DNA from: Rhizodiscina lignyota
Lineage: Eukaryota
DNA length: 64,000 nucleotides
NCBI GenBank assembly: GCA_010015805.1
Contig: ML978134.1
Coordinates: forward strand, 310,001-374,000
Direction of reading: 5' to 3'
The position numbers and the translations under genes were made by a program. Positions 1-12,642 of the stretch are shown piece by piece; within the stretch, counting starts at the first letter, position 1; each line of letters begins with the position of its first letter. A model generated the notes under the pieces. It searched no databases. It worked only from the letters and a program-made list of their open reading frames with translations, and was not told the DNA's origin.

Positions 1-1066
1 ACAGCGGCAGAGGCGCTTTTGGATGCTCCTTCCGCCTCAACTGTAGTACCGACGGGAATGGAGCAATCGGATAGCAAAGCCGTGGGCCTCAAGGCGTGAG
101 TTACTGAGACTTATTGCAAGCAGCTCATTTCAAGCGCTGATGCGGGCTAGCTACTTCGATAATGACAAGTTCTCTGACTTTACCATCATCTGCCGAGAGA
201 GGCGCTTCAAGACGCACAAGATCATCATCAGCAGTCACTCCAACTTCTTCTCCAATGCATGCGAGGGAGGTTTCAAGGTCCATATTGAAGCCCACATTTA
301 GTTCGGATTGGTTCTAACCCTTTTTTTTTTTTGGCAGGAGGGAAAGACCAACGAAATCGAACTTAGTGAAGACTACCCGGAAGTCATTGCGGAAATGCTT
401 CGCTATATGTATGAAAGCGACTACGATGAACCCGCGGAAGCGTGCGCTACCAGTTTCCACGCAGCCATGGTTGGCATCAGCGACAAATACGGAGTCACAG
501 CTTTGTACGAACCAGCCTTGAAGAAGTTCAAGTACGCATTGCGTGAGTGTCGGGGCCTAGAGGGCTATTGCAACATGAGGCACCTCTTGGAGAACGTGTC
601 TCACATCTTCCAACTGCTACCTGACACCAATCGGGACCTTCGAGACCCTCTTGTTATAGAGGTCACGAGAGAATTTAACCTCTATCGAAGGGACAAAGCC
701 GCTCTCGATCCCACTCTATACAAAACTGCATTAGACTGCTTGTCTGAAGCCGTGAGATCGAACTCCGACTTCGCGGCTGACCTTATCAACGCTATACATG
801 TCCGCGAGTTCGATTTACATTCACCCGTGGATAGAACACGAACGGAGAGCTCCCACCTCCTGTGCAACGGGTGCTGGGAAAAATTCAGCCTCCGTGATGG
901 GCATATCACTCTGGAGAATGAGATCTATTGGAACCGGAGCTGCAAGTACTCGGGAGGGTTCATATGCGATCACTGTCTCGTGAACTTGAGTCTGCAAGAC
1001 TTCACCGGCTATGGTATCACGCGTCCACCAATGGAGGAAAGGGCTCCCTTCTTCTTGTCTTATTAA
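1..1066 (+). CDS. BTB/POZ-domain protein with C-terminal CxxC..CxxC module (paralog 1); may start at ATG 58 or upstream of the window
   Basis: Frame open from base 1. GT-AG introns 96-150 and 278-337 join to ...LKAYFDNDKFSDFTIICRERRFKTHKIIISSHSNFFSNACEGGFKEGKTNEIELSEDYPEVIAEMLRYMY, a typical fungal BTB signature. C-terminus has CNGC...CDHC. Confidence 0.88.
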
Positions 1067-1380
1067 GCTGGATCGTCATTTGCCCTAGAGCTAGCCAAGT
1101 ATGGATGCAATGGCTTTAGACGAGGAGAGGACAGGTTTGCTACATATGGGAAACACATGGCACGCTCGGACGCGTTTGCTCGTGCTAATCAAACAGCAAT
1201 ATCATGCAAATTGCCTTTGGCTGGACTTGCTAACTGATCTCAAGAGTGGGCAAGATGAAGTTGAGCGATAGCTACGGTATATAGATCTACGGGAATACAA
1301 ACACTCCTCACTCAATGCATCTTGTGTTCATCATCGATGTTGTACAATCTCAATAAATACATTCTCAAGCATATTCAATC

Positions 1381-2081
1381 AAACTTTCAGAGATAATCCC
1401 GCTTACTTCGAGGTTCAAGAACTGCTCAGACTTGGGCATTACAGCATGCCTGGCGGCCACATGTAGTAATGTACGCATACTCTCGCATCCCTCTATCACT
1501 TTGTCGCCCTCGTCTCCTCTTGTTATCATTGTCGTGACGCTACCCGCTTCCTCCAATCCTCGTTATGAGCATGTCGGACTACTGCTCCTCCTCCGATGAG
1601 TTCGACAATCCGCACACTCTCACCGAAACTGCGTCTCAGACTAAGTTTGCCTGCGGATTTCTCAGAAACATTAACGAAGAGACCGAGAACGAAGTGTGAA
1701 TATCGAGAACTACCACTTGGGAACGGTTGTGCCTCTCACCGAAGTTCACACAAGCGCTGGGTGGAACTGGTGAACATAAGGTACCGAAGAATCTAGAACC
1801 AAAGTTTCGGAGACAGTTTTGCTACCTTGATATACACTCCAAAGAAGACATAGTTGAACTTTCAGAGATAGTCTCGCTTACTCTGAGGCATTACAACTGC
1901 ACAGCATGCCCGGCAGCCACATTGTACACATACCAATGAACCTCGAACTAAACTTTCAGAGATAGTCTTGCTTGCCTTGATGTATATTCTGGAGATGACA
2001 GAATTGAATTTTCAGAGATGGTCTTGCTTGCCTTGAAGTGCAAATTGCTCGCCCTTAGACGTTCCAATCTGCCCGGCAGCC
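1381..2081 (+). repeat. Cluster of five degenerate copies of a non-coding repeat (core AACTTTCAGAGATAGTCTYGCTT)
   Basis: Core copies at about 1382, 1802, 1857, 1951 and 2007. Three are followed by a tgcc(c/t)ggc(a/g)gcc tail. Blocks ~1800-1920 and ~1950-2081 look duplicated. Confidence 0.8.
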
Positions 2082-2303
2082 TACGACAGAAATTTTGTAA
2101 CACGAGGGAAATTAGCAGGACAGCCAACACCTAACACCGGTTTGGTGGTTGCCTGATTAAGCTTCGTGAAGACGCGCTCTTCATGACAGCTTCAAAACAA
2201 CACTCTCCTCTTCCATCATTCAACCGCAACAACTTCAACCACACCACTTCAAAACAACGATCAATCCAAACATCAGCCACTCCTAAATCCACTTCATTCT
2301 GCA

Positions 2304-3271
2304 ATGGATACGCGAGTAAAGCGTCCACTCGGCATTCGATTGTGTGTATCTGCGCGTTCTTTTCCAAAGGCGTCTCATTGCTAATTGCACACAGCTTCTT
2401 CAACACCGGCGAATTCTCCGATCTTACGGTTCGCTGCAAGGGCAGGTCCTGGAAAGTGCATAAGATCATTGTCGCAAGCAAGTCGGTCTTCTTTCGTAAC
2501 GCTTTGAATAACGGCTTCCACGTAAGGAGAATTGTGTATACCGTCGTACATCGGACATGTGCTTACACCTCATAGGAAAGCAACTCGAACGAGCTCGACC
2601 TGAGCGAGGACAATGACCCGGACGTCATCGAGCAAATGCTTGCTTGTATGTACGAAGAAGATGAGCACATGTACGAGCGGTATCTCGACGAACGTCCTTC
2701 ATCGCTCAGTTTACTTACCTTCCTTGCTGGCCTGACAGGGGTGGCGGACAAGTATGACATTCCGAAGCTCGGAGAAGCGGCGGCGTGGGAATTCCGGGTT
2801 CGAATCCTGGAGGACAGAGACGCGTTCTGTATGGAGGAGCTGTTCTGCAACGTTTCGGCCATATACGTTGCGCTTCCCGAAACAGACCGACGTCTGCGCG
2901 ATCCTTTCATGACCGCAATCATGCGGGAATATGCGCTTTTGCGGTCCCACGAGGCCGCTGCTGGGTGTCAAGATGTTGCGCTCGCTGGGCTTGTCGAAGC
3001 TGTGAAACAGCGTGCAGACTTTGCCGCCGATATCGTTGACGCCTTCAATCGAGGCATTGTTGAGAAGATTAGACCGAAGGTGGAAACAAGAGGCTATGTG
3101 GGGATAGCATGCCATGAATGCGGCAGGGAGTATGGACTGACGCCGGCGGAGGCGAAGGAGAGGGTCTTCTGGACGTACCGCAGAAAGACCCAGAACCTGA
3201 TCTTCAAGTGTGACGGTTGTCTGGTGAAGGACGTTGTGAAGGACTGGGGAGCAAGTCAGTCGAGACTGTAG
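2304..3271 (+). CDS. BTB/POZ-domain protein with C-terminal CxxC..CxxC module (paralog 2)
   Basis: ATG 2304, introns 2342-2394 and 2522-2575. Gives [82 protein letters not shown]-terminus has CHEC...CDGC. Confidence 0.9.
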
Positions 3272-3483
3272 AAGCGGATGGAGATTGGCGACGGGCTGTA
3301 TTCTATACTCAAACTGCAAATACGCTGGCGTCCAGCCAAGCTAATAAAAGCGTTGTATTATTACCTTGAGAGTTGCTCTAAGCTTCGATTTAGAGTGTCA
3401 GACAGCCTCTGCTGAACAAAAGTCCAATTGTGATCATTGCCCGCTCTCATTCAAGAGACTCTTAACTCATCTACAAACAGCCC

Positions 3484-3511
3484 TTCAAAGACGGTCTCGC
3501 GAAATCTGAGG
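3484..3511 (+). repeat. Degenerate copy of the same repeat core
   Basis: ttcaaagacggtctcgcgaaatctgagg vs ttcagagatagtctcgcttactctgagg at 1861-1888 (22/28 identical by manual alignment). Confidence 0.5.
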
Positions 3512-3853
3512 AGTGTGATTTGGACTGCTTTAATACGCTGCAGCTTTCAGTGAGCAGCCATCATTCTCGTACGTAAGGTCATCGAGGTCGCACTCGTCGT
3601 ACTGTCCGCGACAGATCCAACTGTGACTAGTACCAACCGATGCTGACGCCATACAAATGGGAAAGCCGAATAGAGGTGACTTCTAATCTAATTATAGATG
3701 CCGATACATGATGGTTCAAGCTGAAGCAGAGCTTTTACGAACTTGGCTAGAATATGCAACAAAATCTGTGCCGAATAGCTTAGACAGAGAATGCTCTTGC
3801 AGGTTGGTAAAGAAAGGGGCGACGAAGAAGCTCAAGGCGCCACTGAAAACGGC

Positions 3854-3882
3854 TAGGGTTAGGGTTTTAGATTTATCGATAA
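3854..3882. promoter_or_regulatory. Telomere-like (telo-box/Tbf1-type) motif plus TTATCGATAA palindrome upstream of eIF3h
   Basis: TAGGGTTAGGGTTTT followed by the palindrome TTATCGATAA, about 100 bp upstream of the ATG. Confidence 0.45.
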
Positions 3883-3982
3883 CTGTTGCCAAGATATCTC
3901 AACGCCAACTTCACCACCGCACAACGCGACCCTCAAATTCCGACTCCCCAGCGCATCCAACCTCCACAAATCACTCGACATC

Positions 3983-5187
3983 ATGGCGGACCCGACCACG
4001 TACACCGCGTCCAGCCCTTTAAAGGGTGTCCAGGTTGAGGCTCTGGTAAGTCAAGCGCCTTTATCTCGCACCGAATCCACTAACCCGCACAGGTGGTGAT
4101 GAAAATCACGAAGCACAGCTCGCAAACCTTCCCCACCATCGCGACCGGCGCATTAGTAGGCATGGACGTTAATGGCATTCTTGAAGTCACGAACTGCTTC
4201 CCCTTCCCGACCGTCGATGTCCCGTCGCAAGATGGCCACCAAGACACTTCCAACCTGGCGGCAGCCGCGCCGAGGGCGAAAGCGAATGTCGCATATCAAG
4301 CGGAGATGATCAAGCACATGCGCGACGTCAATGTGGATGCGAACAACGTTGGATGGTATATGAGCACGAACATGGGAAACTTTGTCAACTTGAATACGAT
4401 CGAGAATCAGTTCTTCTACCAGAGAGACATCAACGAGAGGACGGTGGCGCTCGTCTACGACGTCAATCGGAGCTCGCAAGGAAGTCTGAGTCTGCACGCT
4501 TTCAGACTATCGCCGCAGTTCATGTCGTCGTACAGGGAAAACAAATTCACCACAGAAAGGTAAGTCGACTTTATCATAGCGCTAGCCAAAGTCCACTAAC
4601 GCGACAAAAGCCTCCAAAAATCCGGCCTCCGCTACCAAGATATCCTCGTCGAACTCCCTCTCACCATCCACAACTCTCATCTCCTCACCTCGCTGCTCCA
4701 CCAGCTCCCTACACCCCCGCCCTCTGAAGAGCTAAAGTTCCCTGCCGACCTCGCAGACCTGAAGTCCGACCGTCTTACAAAGCAGCCACCATTCGACCCC
4801 AACTACGACGCACTCGACCTCTCCATCGACCCCTTCCTCGAAAAGACGTGCGACCTGCTACTTGAGTCGATCGAGGCGCACCACACCGAGCTCAACAACC
4901 ACCAGTACTACCAGCGCTCACTGGGCCGCGAACAGGCCAAGATCACGGCGTGGCAGCAGAAGCGCAAGGCGGAGAATGCGGCACGTGTGGCGGCGAAGCA
5001 AACCCCGCTGCCGGAAGACGAGTGGCAGAGATTGTTTAAGCTGCCGACGGAACCAAGCAGGTTGGAGTCACTGCTGAATTCGAGACAGGTGGAACAGTAT
5101 GCGCGGCAGGTGGATGGCTTCACGCCGGCGGTGTCGGGCAAGATGTTTGCGGTTAAGAGCAATCTGTTACCTGGAGAGGGGGCGTGA
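3983..5187 (+). CDS. EIF3H: Eukaryotic translation initiation factor 3 subunit H (MPN domain)
   Basis: Exons 3983-4045, 4093-4559, 4611-5187. Motifs [58 protein letters not shown]. Confidence 0.95.
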
Positions 5188-5495
5188 TGATATTTGATCT
5201 CTTCAGCATTGCTTGGGCGTTGATCGGTGGGGAGAAATGCGGTAGATGAGAGCATGATTCTCTGATGACTTTATTTGCGGGGCATGATATGCATACCGCT
5301 GAAATCTAGCAGACAAAAACAAGCGATACAATGCAACTGACCCCGCCTGCAGCTTTTCGTTCATGCGTGAGCCCAGTGCGAATGGTATCCCCAATCCCGC
5401 CAATGCTTCCTATCACACTTACCAGCTCCAGCGACGTCCGGCACTCCAACAGTTCGAGATTCCACGTCCAACAACATCCTACCTGATCAGCGCCC

Positions 5496-8480
5496 CTATT
5501 CGTCCTCCCCTCCAGTAGCTCCCCAATTCCCAAGACAAATACAGTTCTTCATGCTCCCGATTACCCATGCAGGGAACTTCTCGCCCGGCACTATATCCTC
5601 CATCCCACTATTACATCTTGTGCATCTCCTCACCTTCGCGCTGTTCGGCAGCACAATCTTCCTCACCACATCCACCGTGTGTCTCGCCTGCCACATTTTC
5701 GTGTACCGATCCTCCGTAAAGCCCAGCCACGCAATATCGTGCTTGACGATGCGGCCCAAATCGATACCCGGCGCCTGGATGAATTTCGGCCACGTCTCCT
5801 TCAGCAATTTCACAACAGCAGGGAGCATGACATCCGGGATTCTCGCCCGCACAAACATCTCCCTCTCAGCCTTTGCGCGCGCATATGCGCTCTCCTCATT
5901 GGAGCCGGAGATCTTACCCGCAGCGTAGGCCTCCTTGACGAGGATGTCGACCTGTCCGGAGAAGTTCTCGAACGCGATGGCCGGCACGGACGAAGGCGGC
6001 TGCGACGGCTGGACGGACTGCTGCTGCGTCTGGCACACGGGCGACTTGTTGTAGACCTCAATGACGCGCACGAAGGCCTGCTTGTCCTTCTGTGTGGCGT
6101 TTGCCTTGGTACCGTTGTTGATGCAGTGGATCCAGCCGTGGCGGAGAGGTCGGCCGATCATGCGGATGAGGACGCGCGAGATGGAGGAGAAGAGGAGGAG
6201 CAGGGCGGGCGAGTTTTCCCGGGTGATGTAGTTGGTTATGACGGTGCGAGGGTCGGCGGTGGGATTGTTGTGCAGTTCTTCGGAGATGCGGTCGATTTCT
6301 TGGAGGCAGTAGAGCATGAAGTCGAGGGTCCACTGGACAATGCCAATGAGAGACACGGCGACTTCTGTGACCAAGTTAACATTTGCACAGGGTGGAAGAA
6401 TTCGCGATTTAACATGCCTGGTTTGAGAGCGGTATCGTGTCTGAAGGACATCATGATGACAAAGGCCGCCAGTCTCAGGTTCAGCGTTACAAACGCCATC
6501 TTGGCCGACAAAGTGCGCTTTGAAGATTTGCCCAGGCCTAATGCAGCTTGAGCGCCGAGCAGCTTTTGTATCCATGGCGTGCGGAATAGCAGCAAAGTGG
6601 GCTTCTGTGGTTCGTCTGATGAAAAGTCGAGGTTATATCCTGTAGCGGCAACGCACTGTTCTATAAACTCGATCGCAAGCTCTGCATCAGAGTTTGGTAC
6701 GATAAGTGCAAGAATGTCGTCTAAGAAGGACCGGAACTGCAACAGGCCCGAGGCCCACTGCAACGCAAGAACTGTCGCTGCAGCTGTGCGCCGTTCTGCG
6801 TCGACTGGATTCGCAAGGTCGTAGACTGTGCTCGTCATGGTCCTGACTTTTAATATGCCTTCAGAGTCGTGGAAGGCTTGCATAGATCCACTGGGAGAAA
6901 GCTCTATGTTGATAATAGGATCCATGCTAACGAAAGCAAATCCGCTTTGTGGCAAACTGTACACTTCTGTAAAGTTGTAGTCTGCTTGTATCGGCTGCAT
7001 CGAATCCCGTCTCAAGAATTCAGCCGAACCGTCAGCCATAGTTAAAGCGATGATAGTGTTGTAGCGGAGGGATGTGACTGAGAGAATAGCATTATGGAAG
7101 GTGTTCGGAGCTTGTTTGACAATGATCGAGGTCGACGTTAATCTGGCAGAGTCTGTGCCTTTCTTCTTCGCAGAGAGCTGGTCGAAGCTAGCTGATAGGC
7201 TTCCAGTTGTAGCAGGCTGCAGCTGCCAGGTCCAAACTACACTGGACGGCGCGAGTGAGGCTGGTTGTGCACCGCCACTTGGAGCGGGCAGTATCGAGGG
7301 TACGTTCTTGTATACAGCAAGAATCGAATTAACACTTTGCTCTTGGGCTCCTGTGTCGAGAGCTGGCTGGATCATTTCAAGGTGTGTCAGCATGTACTGA
7401 ATGCCATCCGCGGCTCCAAGACCCGTCATATCCGTTGGATCTGCGGGATCCATTCCATCAGGTACACAGTAGGGCTCGATGTACAATGCCTTAAACGTCA
7501 GTGAAGGATTTAGAATGAAATTCTTTCCGGTTGGATCTTGCTGGTCTTTGGTGACTCCCCACGCCACTTTGATTTTGTAGAGGCGCAGCGTCTGATGAGT
7601 GTCATATGTGACAAGTTGTAGTCCGTCGTCTCTATCTGGGGCAAACGATGCATGAGTGATATATCGCTCTGTGTCAAAAGCCTCATTGTCCACTAGAGCA
7701 GTGCACTCCCGCCAGTGGCCGTCCCCTCCTTGGTAGAGCAGACGTAGACGACCTGCTCGAGTTATGCAGAAAAGGGCGGTCTTGCCGTCATTAGGGTTGA
7801 ATGGGCCGGTACCCCGGTGTTCGTCTCGGTTCCAAGACCACCTCCCGCTGTCCAGAGTGGCGCTCCAGAACGCGGTTACTTTGCCTGCCTGAGAATACTG
7901 AGGTAACCAATGCATGCCGACAATCGAAGACATTTCATCGTTTGAATCGGCACCACAGTCCTTGCGCAAATCTAAATGCGCGTGGCCTAGCGCGCAGTTG
8001 TAGATGAGAAGTCGACCGAGCGTGTCAACTACTGCGAGATCACTCCCAACGTAGCTCCAGGAGACATGCTTGAACCGAGAGTCACTGCCTTCAGGGAGCT
8101 TCAGAGGCATCGACTCGCTAAGCCGCCACCTGCCACTCTTCGTGTCGCGGATCAGACAGGCCGCCTTCACGCCGCGAGAATCGGGATTGATCGAAGCTAT
8201 TGGGCCGTATCTTGACCAGCCGATGCGCCTAGAGTGCTACTTTAGTATGATACCTGCGTCCATATGATCCGAAGGTTGCATGGACTCACTGACAACAGCC
8301 CGACTCGTGCATCTCTGACAGCCGCCGAGGTAATCTCTTGTCCACAGGTAGGTTGACAGGCACAACAGGCTCGGCGCCGAAGAGGTCCTCCATGTTGATA
8401 TCATGGTCCAGGTTTTGGGCGCCAATGACCTGTTGCTCAAGCGTTTGTTGATCCATGTCCGTCTCCATGATGAAGGGCAT
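5496..8480 (-). CDS. MED16: Mediator complex subunit 16 (Sin4)
   Basis: Introns 8229-8289 and 6365-6417 (GC donor). N-terminal SGCCQRIGWSRYGPIASI, WD-like HVSWS..GSDLAVVDTLGRL, C-terminal VDVVRK...RRCTRC...CICLGNW zinc ribbon typical of fungal Med16. Confidence 0.9.
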
Positions 8481-8873
8481 AATATGAGATGCGAAAGAGC
8501 AACTCAAATTCCGCGAAGGTATTCAAAATGGGGCGAGTGCTCAATCTAAGCCTCTACGCGCAGCTAATTCCGCACACGCGCTGGAATTGCGCGCCTTACG
8601 GGGTGCTAGATACGCGCCCCATACCTTGAATGTCAGAGTCTGAGCGAAGGATTGAATCTGAACTGAAGATGAAAGCGTATGTTTGTGGATTTATTATTAA
8701 GACGCAGGTAGTCCGAGCTGGATGACAACGTTCAGTAAAGCGAACACTGGCACGCCCGTTTGTTCTGTGGACGTCAGATGGAAGGGATCGAGCAAACACG
8801 TAGGGAGAGATACGACAACAAGAAAGGAAGATGAAGGAGGCGCCAGCGGATACCGCAGGGTACATAACAAATA

Positions 8874-8900
8874 AGAGAGTGAGAGAGTGAGAGAGCGAGG
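8874..8900. repeat. Short GA-rich microsatellite-like tract in the Med16/Hst4 divergent intergenic region
   Basis: agagagtgagagagtgagagagcgagg. Confidence 0.6.
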
Positions 8901-9453
8901 GGACGACATGCTGGATTCAGCATCATCAAAATAGAAATGGCTCTAGCAGTCCTAATGCAGCCTAGCGCGACAAACGAGTGACAAAAGTTGAGTCGTGGTT
9001 CCGATCTGTCGAGCCGCGAGGATGCAAATGCTCGTGCGTCGATATAGACTATACACATGGGAGCTACGTGTTTTAGATGAATGCTGTCTGGTGTGTGTTT
9101 ATTCGAGCTTCCAGAGATGCTCTCGTTCGTACTGAAGAACAACATTCGTTCTCACTGCAGCCGCTCAGTCCAGTAGCTGGGCTCAGCTATTTTGCCCCGT
9201 CCGTGCCGCTTTGGATCGGCAGGACACCCAAATAAACAAGAGAAGCGACCTACATACCATGCGCCCGCTCCAACCGCGCTCCAGCCATCTTCACTTCACC
9301 TCCTCTCACGACGCCAAACCGACACGTCGCGCCCACGTCGCGTATCGTCTGGTCTCCTTCTCTTCGCTCTACCACCAGATGATATAGCGACAGCGACATC
9401 TGCCCTTGGACCGTGCTGCCCGGCGCTTGCCTTCCTTTCACAACACCGACATC

Positions 9454-11558
9454 ATGGAGAGCAGCGAATTGAGTAGTGCGCCTTCCGACTGTAGCAGTCC
9501 CTTGTCATTCCTTTCGCGCAGTCCGACACCTACCTCTGCCGATGATTCTTCTTTATTACTTCGCAAGCCGTACCCATCACCACCATCGTCGCAGTCCAAC
9601 ACTGGCTCGCCTATGCCTCCTGATGCCATGGCAAGTGCGGAGCAAAGGCCAGCCAAGCGCCGCAAAACTGAACCAAAACCGCGCACCACCCTCTCTCTCG
9701 ACCTGCGCGCCGATTATTCCATTGACGAGCAGAAACCACAGTTGGAGCGACTTTTGAGGGTATTGCACAAGAAGCGGAAGATTGTGGTCATTGCAGGCGC
9801 CGGCATCTCCGTGTCAGCAGGCAGTACGTATACCCACCGACGACGTGTTTTCTGACGTTATTTCTCACAAAATTTGCAGTACCTGACTTTCGCTCATCAA
9901 CTGGCTTGTTCAAATCGCTGAAAAATGAGCATAACCTGAAATCATCCGGCAAGGATCTGTTCGACGCGTCGGTATACAAGGATGATATATCCACCGCTAC
10001 TTTCCACGCCATGGTTCGCAACCTCTCCCAGGCCACTAAAACCGCGGAACCGACCAGTTTCCATCATATGCTCGCAACATTAGCCAATGAAGGACGATTG
10101 TTAAGACTGTACTCTCAAAATGTTGATGGTATCGACACATCACTCCCTCCACTGGCGACGCGCGTGCCTCTCACACGTGAGGAAGGTGCGTGGCCAAAAA
10201 CAGTCCAACTTCACGGTGGTCTGGATAAGATGGTCTGTGTAAAATGTCACAAGTTGTCTGACTTTGAACCTGAATTGTTTGACGGGCCTGTACCACCAAC
10301 ATGCAAAGCATGCGAAGCGCAGGACAATGTGCGAACAGAACATGCCGGGAAGAGGAGCCATGGAATTGGAAAATTGCGACCGCGAATGGTGCTCTACAAC
10401 GAGCACAATCCGGACGAAGAGGCAATTGGATCCATCACACGAGCAGACTTGAGGTCGAGACCCGACGCAGTTATTATTGTTGGCACTACTCTGAAAGTTC
10501 CTGGGGTCCGACGGATTGCGCGCGAAATGTGCAGTGTTGTACGCGATCGTCGCGATGGCCTGACGGTCTGGATCAATAACGACAACCCACCGATTGGGAA
10601 AGATCTTGAGTGGGATCTTATTGTCAAGGGGCCATGCGACGAAGTTGCTCGGCATGCGGCGATGCGCAAATGGGACGATGTCTTCGAGGCCGTCACTGAC
10701 GAAGACATGCGTAAGGCACGAGAAGCTGGCGAGGCGAAGGTCATTATCGAATCACCTGCTAAATCGATTCCCTTTACGTTTGAGCAGGTGTGCGGTGTCC
10801 CGACTCCAGCAGCGAGTCCGAAGCTCCCAGCGAAGACGACGAAGCAGCCCATCTCTACCGCCGAAAAGAAATCGTCGACAACATTGTCGGGCTTTACTAT
10901 CAAAAGCGGCGCCAAAAAGGCACCGAGCAAGCCAAAGGCGACGGGCCCACCGAAGGCAGCAGCGCCGAAGCGGAAGCGTGCACCTGCGAAGAAGACCGAG
11001 GCAAAGAACCCGAGAATCAACCAGACCTTTAAAGTCTCGAAGACGGGCGTTCCGACGGCCACGATTAAGGTCGGCTCAAAGTTACAAGAGCAAGACCTAC
11101 TGGGGAATCCCAAGAGCGAGCCTACTACACCCTCGAAAGTATTCACCGAGCAAGCAACCGTTACCAACCAAAAAGACGCTCTTCAATTACCTTCCGTCCG
11201 GCCAAAGAACGCTGCTCAGCTACCCATTTCCCAGAAATTCGAACTACAATGGAAGCAAGAGCATCCAGGCATGACAAAATGGAAAAACCTGGAAACTCCT
11301 CGCAAACCGACTCCAGCATCAATCTCCGTGCCAATGGCTCCTTTGTCGCCTTCGGACGCTCGCAACAACGCCGCCTTTCCATTTCGATCGCCTCAGGGCC
11401 CGAGTTACAGTCCTCTGACGGGTCATCGATCGAAAAGCCTCGAACTCGAGCGTGAACCCCTTTCACCAATTCCCGCTGTCCCTCGCAGAGTTAGTGATGG
11501 AACGATCTCCCCTACTGGCTATGTCCCCTCGGACATGCTGAAGATAATGCATCAGTAA
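9454..11558 (+). CDS. HST4: NAD+-dependent deacetylase, Hst3/Hst4-type sirtuin
   Basis: Intron 9824-9879 gives GAGISVSAGIPDFRSSTGLF. Also RLYSQNVDG, QLHGGL, CVKC..CKAC, GKLRPRMVLYNEHNPD, VGTTLKVPG, and a long basic low-complexity tail. Confidence 0.92.
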
Positions 11559-11869
11559 TGGCGTGTTTCGGGTCCTGTTTTCATGTTCCTCAACATTGAA
11601 CGTCGCGCGTTTTTACCGAGAGCATGCTCGAATGCAGACCTTTCATTTCTCTACGGCTCATGCCCGTAATGTGGCGTCCGGTGTTCATCTGCGCCTCTGG
11701 ATGATACCCCCTTACGAGGCCTTTGCATTTTTGCTTTATGCATTATTCGGGCGTTTCACTCAGAGATGGAATTGTTTTTTATAATGTCACATAGAGCTGC
11801 ACATGGCTAATGTTCCTGTCAATACAAAGCATGCTCCTGTCCTTCAGTTCGAAATGAACTTCTCCTTCC

Positions 11870-12364
11870 TCAAGATGCTTTTATTGGTGAAATGGGCTCC
11901 CTTTTCTTCCATCCGACTTCGATGTTCCTGTCGACTCTGTCTCGATTGATGGCGAAGTCCGCTCGAATCGTCAAGTATAGCTGGCCGGCCTCCTCCGTTA
12001 TCTCAGCGAACCGCCTCTGCGTCTTCCCGGCCAAGTTTGTCGGCAGGCCCATCAGAACATGATGCTCTATCACTAGGGACTTTCCCGCTTCGGCAGGCTC
12101 TTGCACCGTGAACGATCCATTATAGCCATGTGTTTTTGACGCTGCCTCAATATGCTCCCCATCGGTTCCTTGCAGGAATCCCAGCGTATAACTGGGCACG
12201 TCCGGATGCTGCATCATCGCCGACATGTAGCCATCAGACGTGTACATGAGCACACCTTTCACGTCCTTTGAATATGTGTGGATCACGTCGCTGGGATCGT
12301 TGGTGTTTGTTTCGGTCCAGTATGTACAGTCCCAGGTGCCTGTAAGTTTGGAGAGAATTGACAT
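11870..12364 (-). CDS. Lipocalin-like domain protein (Lipocalin_5-type)
   Basis: Intronless 164 aa ORF with LTGTW, GVLMYTSDGYMSAMM, GYNGSF, HHV...PTNLAGKTQRR. Confidence 0.8.
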   Translation of the reverse strand: MSILSKLTGTWDCTYWTETNTNDPSDVIHTYSKDVKGVLMYTSDGYMSAMMQHPDVPSYTLGFLQGTDGEHIEAASKTHGYNGSFTVQEPAEAGKSLVIEHHVLMGLPTNLAGKTQRRFAEITEEAGQLYLTIRADFAINRDRVDRNIEVGWKKREPISPIKAS

Positions 12365-12535
12365 CTTGCGCGTGAAGACTTATGTGTCTTGACAGAAGTG
12401 GTTCTTGTATTGTGTAAAATGACACTTTTGCAAACAGGGTCAGCAAAGGCATTATATGGCTCCGACTATTAGACACTACATTACTATATTAGCCCAGTAG
12501 CTGTTGCTGCACCTCGAGTGACAAAATAGGCATTT

Positions 12536-12642
12536 GGCTGCGAGGGCAAGTTGTAGCGCCTAAAGATGAGCAACTCTTACATACACCTCGGGACAAGCGA
12601 GACTATCTCTGAAAGCTTAGTTGTATGTCCTTCGGAGTGTAT
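12536..12642 (-). repeat. Inverted dispersed copy of the repeat found at 1381-2081
   Basis: Reverse complement reads atacactccgaaggacatacaactaagctttcagagatagtctcgcttg...tgccctcgcagcc, matching 1832-1918 (atacactccaaagaagacatagttgaactttcagagatagtctcgctta...tgcccggcagcc). Confidence 0.8.

Noticed and set aside
1381..2081. CRISPR-like array
   Set aside because: Eukaryotic context, degenerate repeats, irregular spacing, mutually homologous spacers and no cas genes.
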